Counted from the first letter of the stretch, positions 40,275-50,668 are shown. The stretch is 64,000 nucleotides of DNA from an uncultured Verrucomicrobiae bacterium (GCA_963813025.1 CAWEXO010000008.1:96001-160000), one strand, 5' to 3'. Numbers and translations: made by a program. The notes: a model not told the origin generated them from the sequence alone.

Positions 40275-41507
40275 ATGGATGCTCTCTCGGAGGTTGCGAG
40301 GTTTCGAGCGGACTTCCCCATCCTCAATCAACGGGTGCGCGGACATCCTCTGGTTTATCTGGACAATGCGGCTTCTACGCAGCGTCCAGCGTGCGTGATT
40401 GACGAAGTATCGCGGTACTATCGGGAAGATCACGCCAATGTGCATCGCGGTCTGCATGAGTTGAGCGCGCGGGCGACTAATTTATACGAAGGCGCCCGGG
40501 CCCGGGTGGCGCGGTTCCTTAGCGCTCCTTCGCCTGATTCGATTGTCTTCACCAGAGGAACGACTGAAGCGATTAACCTGGTTGCCACCGCCTGGACCGA
40601 GGCGTTTCTGCGATCGGGCGATCGCATTTTGATCACGGAGATGGAACACCATGCCAACCTGCTGCCCTGGCAGGGAGCTGCGCGACGGACCGGAGCGCAC
40701 TTGAGATATCTGCCGGTCGATCCAGTAACCGGTGGCGTCGATTGGTCGCTGCTCGAAAAATCACTGATCGAGCACGAGCCGAAGTTTCTCGCGTTTACTC
40801 AGATTTCAAACTCTCTGGGCTGGATAAACCCTGCCCCAGAGATTTGTCGAACCGCGCGGCAGCACGGCGTGACTACGCTAGTCGACGCGGCGCAGAGCGC
40901 CGGACACATGCCGATCAATGTACAGGAGATGGGCTGCGACTTCCTGGCTTTCTCCGGGCATAAATGCTGCGGACCAACTGGCATTGGGGTGCTCTATGGT
41001 CGTGCGGACCTATTGAACGAGATGCCTCCATATCAGACAGGCGGCGAAATGATTTCGTCAGTGCGCTACGAAGGCGCCGACTGGAAACCGGCTCCTCACC
41101 GTTTTGAGGCGGGCACGCCGCACATCGCCGGAGCGGTCGGGTTAGCCACCGCATTGGACTATCTGGAAAACATTGGCCGGCCAACGATCCACTCAATCGA
41201 CGAGCGGCTGGTTGAGTTGGCTTATCATGAACTCCGCCAAATACCCAACATCAAGGTGCTGGGACCAAGTGCCGAGCGGGCCGGCATTCTCAGCTTTCAG
41301 CTCGGAACCATCCACGCGCACGACCTCGTTGCCTATGCCGACCAGTTCGGTATCGCTCTTCGCGGCGGCCATCATTGCACGCAGCCGCTTATGCGCAAAA
41401 TGGGCTACACCGGAAGCGCTCGAGCGAGCTTCTATTTCTACAACACAGAAGAGGAGATCCACTGTCTGGTTTCCGTGTTACGCTCGGCCGAAAAATATTT
41501 TGGATAA
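40275..41507 (+). CDS. sufS: SufS-family cysteine desulfurase / selenocysteine lyase
   Basis: LVYLDNAAST, ANVHRG, TRGTTEAIN, EMEHHAN, FSGHK, FEAGTP and RGGHHCTQP. Confidence 0.95.
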   Translation: MDALSEVARFRADFPILNQRVRGHPLVYLDNAASTQRPACVIDEVSRYYREDHANVHRGLHELSARATNLYEGARARVARFLSAPSPDSIVFTRGTTEAINLVATAWTEAFLRSGDRILITEMEHHANLLPWQGAARRTGAHLRYLPVDPVTGGVDWSLLEKSLIEHEPKFLAFTQISNSLGWINPAPEICRTARQHGVTTLVDAAQSAGHMPINVQEMGCDFLAFSGHKCCGPTGIGVLYGRADLLNEMPPYQTGGEMISSVRYEGADWKPAPHRFEAGTPHIAGAVGLATALDYLENIGRPTIHSIDERLVELAYHELRQIPNIKVLGPSAERAGILSFQLGTIHAHDLVAYADQFGIALRGGHHCTQPLMRKMGYTGSARASFYFYNTEEEIHCLVSVLRSAEKYFG

Positions 41508-41515
41508 AGGCGCCT

Positions 41516-41935
41516 GTGGAGATCGACGAGTTATACCAAACCATTATTCTGGACCACTCAAAGCGTCCGCGAAATCTCGGCAAACTACCGGAGCCGGCGG
41601 TCAAGGGTGAAGGTTATAATCCCTCTTGCGGAGATGAGGTTACGGTATTCGCGTTGCTCGATCCAGAGCGCCGGATCGTCGACATCCGTTTTCTGGCTCA
41701 AGCCTGCGCGATCTGCACGGCTTCCACTTCTCTGATGACGCTTGGAGTAAAAGGGAAAACCGTCGCCGAAGCGCTGGATTTGCAACGCGAGTTTTTCGGA
41801 GTGCTCGTGCGTGGAGAGACTGGGTCAGCAAGGCTCGGCAATCTACGAGCTCTGGCAGGCGTGCGAAAGTTTCCGCAACGGCTGAAGTGCGCCACGCTCG
41901 GCTGGCATGCACTGGAAACGGCGCTTGACCGGTAA
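41516..41935 (+). CDS. sufU: SufU (NifU-like) sulfur acceptor
   Basis: GTG start, LYQTIILDHSKRPRN, NPSCGDEV, CAICTAS and FPQRLKCATLGWHAL. Confidence 0.92.
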   Translation: MEIDELYQTIILDHSKRPRNLGKLPEPAVKGEGYNPSCGDEVTVFALLDPERRIVDIRFLAQACAICTASTSLMTLGVKGKTVAEALDLQREFFGVLVRGETGSARLGNLRALAGVRKFPQRLKCATLGWHALETALDR

Positions 41936-41972
41936 GAGTATCCTGCCAAGTCCCTGCGCTTCTCCAAAACCC

Positions 41973-43028
41973 TCAGATAACCTTGATGCGGCCAACCGGT
42001 TCGCGCACAATCCGGCCGATTTCCGCCGCCTTGATCTTTCGTCGCTTGAGCAGAGCGAGAACCGCGATACGCTTTTTCTCGGGTACGCAGAGCAGAAGAC
42101 CCCCGCTAGTCTGCGCGTCGGTCAAGAGCGCTTGCCGGGCGGAGTCAATGCCGTGCCACTCCGTCCAGGCACCCGCTGCTTCGAAATTGTCCCGGCTTCC
42201 TCCCGGGATACAATCTTTGCGGATAAGCTGGAATACCTCATCGCTGATCGCGGGCACATCCGCGGCGAAGATCTCGGCCCCAACCCGGCTGGCCCGGCAC
42301 AAGGAAACGAGGTGTCCCAGCAAACCGTACCCACTCACGTCGGTGGCTGCTCGCACGAGACGTTGCTCCGCCAGTTCAGCTCCAATTTCGTTCAACTGAG
42401 TCATCACCGTGATCGCCTTTTTCTTCAGGGCAGTCGAACAGAGATCCATTTTCAGGGCGGTTGTCGCGATTCCGGTACCCAGAGGCTTTGTTAAAACGAG
42501 AATGTCGCCGGGTCGCGCTTTCGCATTGGTCAGCATGATTGCCGGATCCACCAAGCCGGTGACCGCCAATCCGTAAATCGGTTCAGGGTTGCGAATCGTG
42601 TGGCCTCCGATGACAGCGCAATGAGCCCGCCTGGCTACGGCCAAACCTCCGCTGAGAATTTCGCTCATGACCTTTTCGGAAAGCACCTCCGGGGGAACAC
42701 CCAGCAGCGCAAGAGCGGTCAGCGGCCGTCCACCCATCGCGTAGATATCGCTCAGCGCGTTGGTCGCGGCGATCCGGCCGAAGCTGAAGGCATCGTCGAC
42801 AATTGGGGTAAAAAAATCCACGGTCTGCACTAGCGCCGTTTTGGTTCGGCCGGGCAGACGATAGACTCCTGCATCATCGGCGGTCCCACTATTCACCAGG
42901 ACGTTAGGATCGCGCGCAAGCAGCGGTAACCGGCGCAAAACTTGCGCCAGAGCCGGTTGGCTCAGTTTTGCCGCTCAACCGGCACACGAAGACAGTGAAG
43001 TCAGTCTTAGAATCTCCTCACGCGACAT
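41973..43028 (-). CDS. selD: Selenophosphate synthetase SelD, selenoprotein (Sec at codon 18)
   Basis: From ATG 43028 it reads MSREEILRLTSLSSCAG-TGA(42977-75)-AAKLSQ, in frame with ORF 41973..42938 (DDAGVY, VDFFTPIVDD, NALSDIYAMGG, GGHTI, DAQTSGGLL). A strong RBS (aaggaggtg) precedes it. Confidence 0.95.
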
Positions 43029-43045
43029 CGTTCCTCACCTCCTTT

Positions 43046-43141
43046 CGGAGAGGGCAGGAATCGAACCTGCCTCGCCCAAACGAAGTCGGGCCGACAACGG
43101 TTTTGAAGACCGCGGAGGCCACCAGGCACCCTTCTCTCTCC
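43046..43141 (-). tRNA. selC: tRNA-Sec (anticodon UCA), CCA not encoded
   Basis: GGAGAGAG-AA-GGGUGCC UGGU GGCCUCC-GCGGU CUUCAAA ACCGU-long variable arm-GCAGG UUCGAUU CCUGC-CCUCUCC-G. Confidence 0.95.
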
Positions 43142-43286
43142 TTTGTTTCTTTACGATGCTTGGCCGAAAAATGATCGGCAATCAATGACTTTCTCGGCAA
43201 CCTTTGATAAGTAGTAAGCAGTGCGGGGGCGACGTGCCAGGGTCCAAACTCCAAACTGGAACGCGATTTTATGAATTTCCGACCTG

Positions 43287-46200
43287 TTGGCCCGCTGGCC
43301 TCTTATCAAACAGATGCGTCATCATTTGAGCGGTACCGGGCTCGAAGCGTGCTCAGCCAAGACCGCGGCGCTCCGGGCGCGGAGCAAAGACACGGAGGTC
43401 GCCCGATCGATCTGCCCCTACTGTGGCGTCGGTTGTGGGCAACTGGTTTATCACAAGGATGGCAAAGTCGTCTCGATCGAAGGCGACCCGGAAAGCCCGA
43501 TCAGCCAAGGCAATCTCTGTCCGAAAGGGTCCGCGTCTTATCAACTCGTGAGTCATCCGAATCGGTTAAGGAAAGTACGCTACCGAGCTCCTGGCGCGAA
43601 GTTCTGGTCCGACCTCGATCTCATGACCGCGATGGACATGGTCGCCGATCGCGTTTGGGCATCCCGAAGCAAACATTGGATAACTGAGGAAAACGGCAGC
43701 CCGGTAAATCACACGACTTACCTGGCGCATCTCGGCGGAGCCACCCTGGACAACGAAGAAAATTACCTGATCAAAAAGCTGTTTACTGCCGGACTTGGGA
43801 TGGTCTGCGTCTCAAACCAGGCGCGCATATGACATACAGCACGGTGCCCGGTCTGGGCACCTCTTTCGGGCGCGGCGGCGCAACGACGGCTCAGCAGGAT
43901 CTGGCCAATGCGGACTGCATCCTGATCGAGGGCTCTTCCATGGCTGAAGCGCACCCGGTCGGCTTCCGCTGGGTCATGGCGGCAAAGGAACGTGGAGCCA
44001 CAATCATCCACGTGGATCCACGGTTCTCCCGTACCAGCGCTGTCGCCGACCTCTGGCTACCGATCCGAGCCGGAAGCGATATCGCGTTCCTCGGCGGACT
44101 GATTCGGTACGTAATTGAGCACGAGAAATTTTTCCGCGAATACCTGGTGCATTTCACGAATGCCCCGGCAATCATTCGCTCTGATTTCAAGCTCCCGCAG
44201 GACGACGGTTTTTTCTCTGGCTGGGATGAAGAGCGCCACCATTACAGCCGCGAGACCTGGATGTATCAGAGCGGTGATCTTGGCCATCCGGACCGGGATC
44301 TTACTCTGCAAAACCCGCGCTGCGTTTTCCAACTCCTCCGGCAGCATTATGCCCAGTACACGCCGGAGATGGTGGAGAAAGTTTGCGGCATTCCGACAGA
44401 TCTGTTCCTGCGTGCCGCCGAGATCTTCACGTCTTCCAGTGGTCCAGCAAAAACCGGCGCGATTGCTTACGCAGTCGGCTGGACCCACCATTCCAAAGGC
44501 GTGCAGATCATCCGGACGGCCAGCGTGCTGCAGTTGATTCTCGGAAACATCGGGCGCCCGGGCGGCGGAATCCTGGCACTGCGCGGACACGCTTCGATCC
44601 AAGGTTCGACGGATATCCCAACCCTGTATGACATTTTGCCGGGATATTTGGCGATGCCTCGGGCCGGCACTGACAATAACCTGCAGGACTACATCCGGAA
44701 TTACCGCACGGAGACCGGGCTTTGGGCCGACTTCGGCAACTATGCAGTCAGTTTGTTGAAGGCATACTACGGAGCGAGGGCCACCGTGGAAAACGAGTTC
44801 GGCTTCCAATGGCTCCCGAAGCTCACCACCAATCACTCGTTTTTCCGTTTCCTCTACGAAATGTTGGAGGGCCGGGTCGAAGGCTTTTTTGTGATGGGGC
44901 AGAATCCGGCGGTCGGAGCGCAAAACGCGCGTTTACAGCGGAAAGCACTAGCCAAGCTCAAGTGGCTCGTGGTGCGCGACCTCGTCGAAGTCGAGACCGC
45001 TAGTTTTTGGCTGAACTCGCCGGAGATCGAGCGAGGCGAACTCCGGACCGAAGACATTCAGACCGAAGTCTTTCTGTTCCCTTGTGCGGCACACACCGAG
45101 AAAGAAGGCGGTTTCACGAACACCCAGCGGATGATCCAGTACCGGGAAAAGGCAGTTGACCCGGTCGAAGACCAGAAAAGCGAAACCTGGTTCATCCATC
45201 AACTGGCTCTCCGCCTGAAAGCCAAGGCCCAGGCTTCGTCTGATCCGGTGCATGAAGCCATCCGGGCTCTGGACTGGTGGTATCCGGAAGATGCGCATGG
45301 TGAGCCCCAGGTCCAAGCGATCCTGGCGGAAATCAATGGATGGAAAACCGAGTCAGCCGCGAATGCCGAGCGATCCGTTTGGATCCGTGATCAAAAAGGA
45401 CAGATCCATCACGGTGAGCAGCTCGATAGCTACAACCGGTTGAAGGATGACGGTTCGACGGCGGCGGGTTGCTGGATTTATACTGGAATCTATGGCCCCG
45501 ACAAGATCAACCGGGCTTTGCACCGCGAGCCAAGAGGTCCTTACGGTCATGGTTGGGGTTGGGCTTGGCCGTCGGATCGCCGGATCCTCTATAACCGGGC
45601 AAGTGCCAGGCCGGATGGCACTCCGTGGAGCGACCGCAAAAAGCTGGTCTGGTGGGATGCTGAACAGAAGAAATGGGTTGGACACGATGTCGCGGATTTT
45701 GTGGCGGACAAACCGCCGGACTATGTCCCGCCGGAAGGTGCCTCGGGGCTCAAAGCGCATCCGGGTGATCGCCCGTTCATTCTTCACGAAGACGGGCTTG
45801 GCTGGATTTTCGTGCCTAAGGGATTAGAAGACGGACCATTCCCGGCCCACTATGAACCGCTGGAGTCGCCGGTTCACAATCAGATCTATCGGCGGGATAC
45901 GAACCCGCCCGTCACCTGGTTTACCCGAGCTGACAACCGTTTCGCGCCGCCGAACGACCCGCGTTTTCCCTACGTTTTGACTACTTATCGACTGACGGAA
46001 CATCATACCGCCGGGGGTATGAGCCGATGGCTGAGTCATCTTAGCGAGTTGATGCCCGCCTTTTTCATCGAGCTGTCACCGGAACTCGCCGGCGAACTTA
46101 AGATCGCGCCCGGGGCAGACGTGATCGTCTTGACAATTCGGGCGGCAGTTCAGGCGAAAGCCCTGGTCACCCGAAGATTGCGCCCGCTCAAGCTCGAGTC

Positions 46201-46507
46201 CGGCCGCGTGGTCCACCAAGTCGGGATGCCATTCCATTGGGGCGGAAACGGATTGTCTAAAGGCGCTATCGCGAATGATCTGCTGGCCATCTCTGGAGAA
46301 CCGAATGTGACTATCATGGAAACGAAGTCGATAACCTGTGCGGTTATTCCCGGCCGGTTACCCGAGGGACCAGCTTACCTGGAATTTATGGCACAGCATG
46401 TTCCACCGGGCGGACCGGAAAATCTTCACCCGGAACAGCCGCCGCCTGGAACGAAACCAGGCGGCAAGTCAATTGTGGGACACGCACAACATGGTAAGTC
46501 GGAATAA
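43287..46507 (+). CDS. fdnG: Formate dehydrogenase alpha subunit (Mo/W-bisPGD), selenoprotein; TGA at 43830-32 plus a 1-nt frameshift just after it
   Basis: CPYCGVGCG...LCPKG Fe-S motif, LGGATLDNEENY, SNQARI-U-H..STVPGLGTSFGRGGAT, SMAEAHPVGF, ALRGHASIQGSTD and TTYRLTEHHT. Confidence 0.92.
43843..43861 (+). promoter_or_regulatory. SECIS hairpin of fdh
   Basis: GGUGCCC-GGUCU-GGGCACC. The loop starts with G, 17 nt after the UGA. Confidence 0.85.
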
Positions 46508-46561
46508 CCTGGGTGATCAGGGCTCCCGGGCGAATCAGCGCACCGACGTGCCCGTGACGTT

Positions 46562-47422
46562 ATGATTGGGGAAGGCGTCAACTCGACCAACCAGAGAGAG
46601 CACCGCTACGCGGAGGAGGAGCGACCCGTTGGATTTTATACTGACGCAACGCTCTGCATTGGCTGCAAGGCTTGCGAGGTCGCCTGCAAAGAGTGGAATC
46701 ATGTCCCGGACGACGGCTTTCACTGGAGCGGCAAATCGTATGACAACACCGAGGCACTCGGTGCGTCGACTTGGCGCCATGTTCTTTTTCTGGAGCAGGC
46801 GCTGACCCGCGGTCCACAGGTCGCCGGTTCGATGACTGGCGCGCAGGAGGACCCGTTTCGCTGGCTGTTTTTGTCGGATGTCTGCAAGCATTGCGAAGTG
46901 GCTGGCTGCCTGGAAAGCTGCCCGACCGGGGCAATCATCCGAACCGAAACAAGTACCGTTTTCGTCCAGAACGATATTTGCAATGGGTGCGGCTACTGTG
47001 TCGTCAGTTGTCCTTTCGGAGTCATCGATCGGCGTCCTCAACCTCTGCCCGAGGCCGGTGGCGCCTTCAAATGCACCTTCTGCTATGACCGGCAGCTCAG
47101 CGGCCTGGTCCCGGCTTGCGCAAAGGCCTGCCCGACCGAGAGCATCCTCTTTGGACCGCTGGATGAGCTGAGGGAGCACGCCGCCAAGCGCGTCGCCGCC
47201 CTGCACGGTTTCGGTTATACGGATGCGCAAAACTACGATCCGTGGGAGACCAGTGTCGGAGGACTCCACGCCTTTTTCATGATCCTCGGGCAACCGGAAG
47301 ACTACGGTTTGCCGCCAAAACCGGAAGTGCCGACCGCTTACTTGAGGGAAGCTTGGTCGTCTGCTTTGGCTACGGCTCTCGGCGCGATCGTTTTGCTGAT
47401 CTTTGTCTTTCAGTTTCTTTAA
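46562..47422 (+). CDS. fdnH: Formate dehydrogenase beta (4x[4Fe-4S]) subunit with C-terminal TM helix
   Basis: CIGCKACEVACKEWN, CKHCEVAGCLESCPT, CNGCGYCVVSCPF and CTFCYDR..PACAKACP. Confidence 0.92.
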   Translation: MIGEGVNSTNQREHRYAEEERPVGFYTDATLCIGCKACEVACKEWNHVPDDGFHWSGKSYDNTEALGASTWRHVLFLEQALTRGPQVAGSMTGAQEDPFRWLFLSDVCKHCEVAGCLESCPTGAIIRTETSTVFVQNDICNGCGYCVVSCPFGVIDRRPQPLPEAGGAFKCTFCYDRQLSGLVPACAKACPTESILFGPLDELREHAAKRVAALHGFGYTDAQNYDPWETSVGGLHAFFMILGQPEDYGLPPKPEVPTAYLREAWSSALATALGAIVLLIFVFQFL

Positions 47423-47444
47423 CGGCTGAATTGTCCTTTGGCAG

Positions 47445-48449
47445 ATGAGCACCAATTTCGAAGACCGGCTTGATCAATTGAGGACTGAGGCTTCCAGCAA
47501 GAGAAACGCTGCCCCGGCTGCGGAAGCTCCGGCCCGGCCCGGAATGAGCCGGAATGGATCAAGAGTGGGCTACTACGGATTGCCGGTAGTTAAACCTCCG
47601 GTCTGGACCTGGGAAATCTCACTTTATTTCTTCGTCGGCGCAATCGGCGGGATGTCGGGAGTGATTGCTCCGATCGCCTGGTTCACCCGGCACCACGATG
47701 TTGCGCGTTCGGCTCTGTGGTTAGCGTCGATCGCCAGCGCGATTTCGCCCGTTCTGTTGATCATGGATCTCGGACGCCCGTGGTTGTTTCTCCATATGCT
47801 TCGGGTGTTCAAATGGCGCTCCCCAATGTCGATGGGCGCCTGGATCCTCACGTTTTTCGGGGCTTGTTCTGTGCCGGGCCTGGTTGCAGCCGAGGCTCTC
47901 AAGCGACTGCCTGCCGGAACCGCGTCGCATATGACGCTTGAAATGATTGCTGCTCTCCTGATGATGGGTGCGGCGGTCTTCGGATCGCTCTTGGCGACTT
48001 ACACGGGGGTGCTTCTGGGGGCAACCGCCATTCCCGCGTGGTTTGCACACCGCCGTCTTTTGCCCGCCCACTTTGGGATCGCCGCGATCGGAGCGGCCGC
48101 GGCGGCGTTGGAATTGCTGGGTCATCGGCTGGCAGCATTGAACATTCTTGGCTATTTCGCGGCGACCGCTGAACTGCTTATCTGGCTGATCCTCGAGAGC
48201 AACACGAAAGGCGCGGTGGACCGCGGCTTGCGGGAGGGCAAAGCTGGCGCATTTCTTCGACTCGGAGGGATTCTCACTGGTCCAGTCGCACTTCTACTGC
48301 GAATCCTCGGGCAGTGGTTTTTTCCGGCCCGATTGGGCGCGAGTGCCGCATTTCTCGTCGGAGCCTTGCTCCAGCGGTTCGGCTGGATTGAGGGTGGACG
48401 AAACTCGGGCCGCGATCCCGAGGCCGTGTTTGCCTCGCAGCGAACGTAG
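47445..48449 (+). CDS. nrfD: NrfD/PsrC-family membrane anchor subunit
   Basis: YYGLPVVKPPVWTWEISLYFF, LIMDLGRP, SPMSMGAW and YTGVLL. Confidence 0.88.
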   Translation: MSTNFEDRLDQLRTEASSKRNAAPAAEAPARPGMSRNGSRVGYYGLPVVKPPVWTWEISLYFFVGAIGGMSGVIAPIAWFTRHHDVARSALWLASIASAISPVLLIMDLGRPWLFLHMLRVFKWRSPMSMGAWILTFFGACSVPGLVAAEALKRLPAGTASHMTLEMIAALLMMGAAVFGSLLATYTGVLLGATAIPAWFAHRRLLPAHFGIAAIGAAAAALELLGHRLAALNILGYFAATAELLIWLILESNTKGAVDRGLREGKAGAFLRLGGILTGPVALLLRILGQWFFPARLGASAAFLVGALLQRFGWIEGGRNSGRDPEAVFASQRT

Positions 48450-48568
48450 CCACCGAATTGTCGTGCCTTTAATTCGGCTCCTTGTTATTTGAAGCCGGTT
48501 GCAAAACAAAGCCCGGCAACAAGTTGTTCTAGCCCGGTTTTTCGCAACTATCTTGTTGAGGAAAAACA

Positions 48569-49906
48569 ATGCAAAGACCGAAAAACCCGCTGCTCGGAAT
48601 TTTGTTGATCATAGCTCTGCTGCTTCCCTGGGTGATCTTTTTATCGCGTCCGGGTCGAACCACGATCGCCGGCCACACCCTCTTTTGGTTGGCTATGCTC
48701 TTTTGCTTGTTGCTGATGTGGGGAATCGCTGCATCCCAGCGGCGGATGCAGGCCGCAGCGGCTCCCGATACCGGTCCGCGCATGTTGAGCGAATCGGAGC
48801 AACCGGAAGTAGTCCGTCAGGTCATGGACGTAAAAATTGCTCTCCAGGAACGCGGCGTACAGTTTTTTCGAGGTCCGTTGCGCGACTCCGCTACGGTGGC
48901 CTTTGAAAAGCTGAGTCAAGCTATCCCGAAGGGTTTTCTCCCTCTCGTTCAAGAGGATGAACAGCTCGGGGCGAGGATTGTTATCGTTCCAAATCGACCG
49001 GCTGAACAGGTAGCGCAAAGGCCCGTACGGCCGTGGCTGCACTGGCTTCTTTTCCTTTTGACCGTGATCACGACGACCTGGGCAGGCGCCGCCCACCAAG
49101 GAGTCGATCTGGCGCAGGAACCGGGACGATTCACGGTGGGCTTGCCCTACGCCCTTGGCTTGCTTTTAATTCTCGGTTTCCACGAGTTGGGCCATTTTTA
49201 TATGGCGCGCCGGCATGCCATGGATGTGACGCCTCCGTTCTTCATCCCGGTGCCATTCGGGCTGGGAACTTTCGGAGCGTTCATTCAGATGCGAACGCCC
49301 CCGGCCAACCGGAAAATGCTCTTCGATGTTGCCGTAGCTGGACCGCTCGCCGGGTTGGTTGTTGCCATTCCGGCGCTTCTCATTGGTCTTCAATCCTCAA
49401 CTCTGGCCACAGTGCCGGAGGATGCCGTCGGACCTGGTTTTTTGCATGGGGCAACCGTCGGCTCATCGGCCCTGTTCACGATTTTGGTCCGGCTCTCGAT
49501 GGGAGATGCGGCGCAGTACGGAACGGTTGTGCACCTGAGTCCTTTAGCTTTTGCGGGTTGGTTAGGATTGGTTATCACGGCGCTGAACCTGTTGCCGGTT
49601 GGCCAACTGGACGGTGGCCACATCACCCGCGCGTTGTTCGGTAGTGCCGTTGGTCAAACGATCAGCCGGTTGGCGATGTGGTCACTGATCCTGCTGGCTT
49701 TGTTCGTGTGGCCCGGGCTGATGATGTGGGCGCTTATTATCTTCCTGATCGCCGGCCGCGGCACACCCCCGCTCAACGACATCACGCCGCTGGACCGCGG
49801 CCGGATGGCCGTGGGCTATTTCGCGTTGCTGATCCTGGTTTTGATCCTTGCTCCAGTGCCCCGTTCACTCTTTGACCTCGCGACCGAAGCCTGCCCGTAC
49901 TTATGA
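48569..49906 (+). CDS. Site-2 protease (M50) family membrane metalloprotease
   Basis: HELGH, GTFGAFI, AGPLAG and LNLLPVGQLDGGH. Confidence 0.92.
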   Translation: MQRPKNPLLGILLIIALLLPWVIFLSRPGRTTIAGHTLFWLAMLFCLLLMWGIAASQRRMQAAAAPDTGPRMLSESEQPEVVRQVMDVKIALQERGVQFFRGPLRDSATVAFEKLSQAIPKGFLPLVQEDEQLGARIVIVPNRPAEQVAQRPVRPWLHWLLFLLTVITTTWAGAAHQGVDLAQEPGRFTVGLPYALGLLLILGFHELGHFYMARRHAMDVTPPFFIPVPFGLGTFGAFIQMRTPPANRKMLFDVAVAGPLAGLVVAIPALLIGLQSSTLATVPEDAVGPGFLHGATVGSSALFTILVRLSMGDAAQYGTVVHLSPLAFAGWLGLVITALNLLPVGQLDGGHITRALFGSAVGQTISRLAMWSLILLALFVWPGLMMWALIIFLIAGRGTPPLNDITPLDRGRMAVGYFALLILVLILAPVPRSLFDLATEACPYL

Positions 49907-49928
49907 AATAATTCCGTGCGGCCCCTCT

Positions 49929-50579
49929 ATGTCTCCCCAGCTCAGTTCGGTCGAAGCACGTATCCTCGGTTGCCTGATCGAGAAAGAACGTACAACACCC
50001 GAAGCGTACCCGCTTAGTCTCAATGCTCTGGTGAACGCGTGTAACCAGAGCACAAACCGTTTTCCGGTCGTCAGCTACGATCAGAAGACCGTCGAAGCGG
50101 GCCTTGACGGATTGCGGCAAAAGACGTTGGCCGTTCTCCTGCACAGCAGCGGAGGCCGCGTCCCCAAGTACCGGCACACGTTCCTGGACTCCTTTCAATT
50201 GGACGCGCGATCGACTGCCATCCTTTGCGTCCTGCTGCTGCGCGGCCCGCAGACGCCGGGAGAAATCCGCAGCCGCACCGAGCGTTTGTGCGGTTTCTCC
50301 AGCCTGGCCGAGATCGAAACAACGCTCACGGCCTTGACCGAGGGCGCTGAACCATTGGTTTGCGCTTTGCCGCCGCGCCCCGGGCAAAAGGAAACGCGTT
50401 ATCGTGAACTCCTTTCTGAAGCGGCCGCTCCGGAGGAAGAACCACATTACGTCGCCGAACCTGCCCCCGCCCGACCGATCGAGTCCGATCGCTTGGAAAT
50501 TGAGCTCCGTGAACTTCGTTCTGAGCTGGAAAAGCTCCGAGAAGAATTCCGCGTTTTCCGGGCAAGTCTCGAAGGCTAA
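49929..50579 (+). CDS. YceH/DUF480-family protein
   Basis: EARILGCLIEKERTTPEAYPLSLNALVNACNQ and LLLRGPQTPGEIRSR. Confidence 0.92.
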   Translation: MSPQLSSVEARILGCLIEKERTTPEAYPLSLNALVNACNQSTNRFPVVSYDQKTVEAGLDGLRQKTLAVLLHSSGGRVPKYRHTFLDSFQLDARSTAILCVLLLRGPQTPGEIRSRTERLCGFSSLAEIETTLTALTEGAEPLVCALPPRPGQKETRYRELLSEAAAPEEEPHYVAEPAPARPIESDRLEIELRELRSELEKLREEFRVFRASLEG

Positions 50580-50627
50580 CCTGTATTGCTGAAAATCCTG
50601 AGAAAATCTGTCAGCGATGCAAGGCTC

Positions 50628-50666
50628 TTGATGTCTTGACATCAATGCCGGCGATGCGACAGCATC
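50628..50666 (+). promoter_or_regulatory. Palindromic GATG..CATC sites over a TTGACA box; likely vapBC operator
   Basis: ttgatgtc-tt-gacatcaa (50628-45, containing TTGACA at 50636-41) and gatgc-gaca-gcatc (50653-66), immediately before the antitoxin ATG. Confidence 0.6.
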
Positions 50667-50668
50667 TT

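Noticed and set aside
43225..43242. TGGCACG on the minus strand upstream of selC as a sigma-54 promoter
   Set aside because: There is no GC at the -12 position.
46491..46565. 24-codon ORF ending in TGA before the FDH beta subunit, as an extra selenoprotein
   Set aside because: There is no SECIS-like hairpin or Cys-homologous context. It is more likely a leader or another indel in the beta N-terminus.
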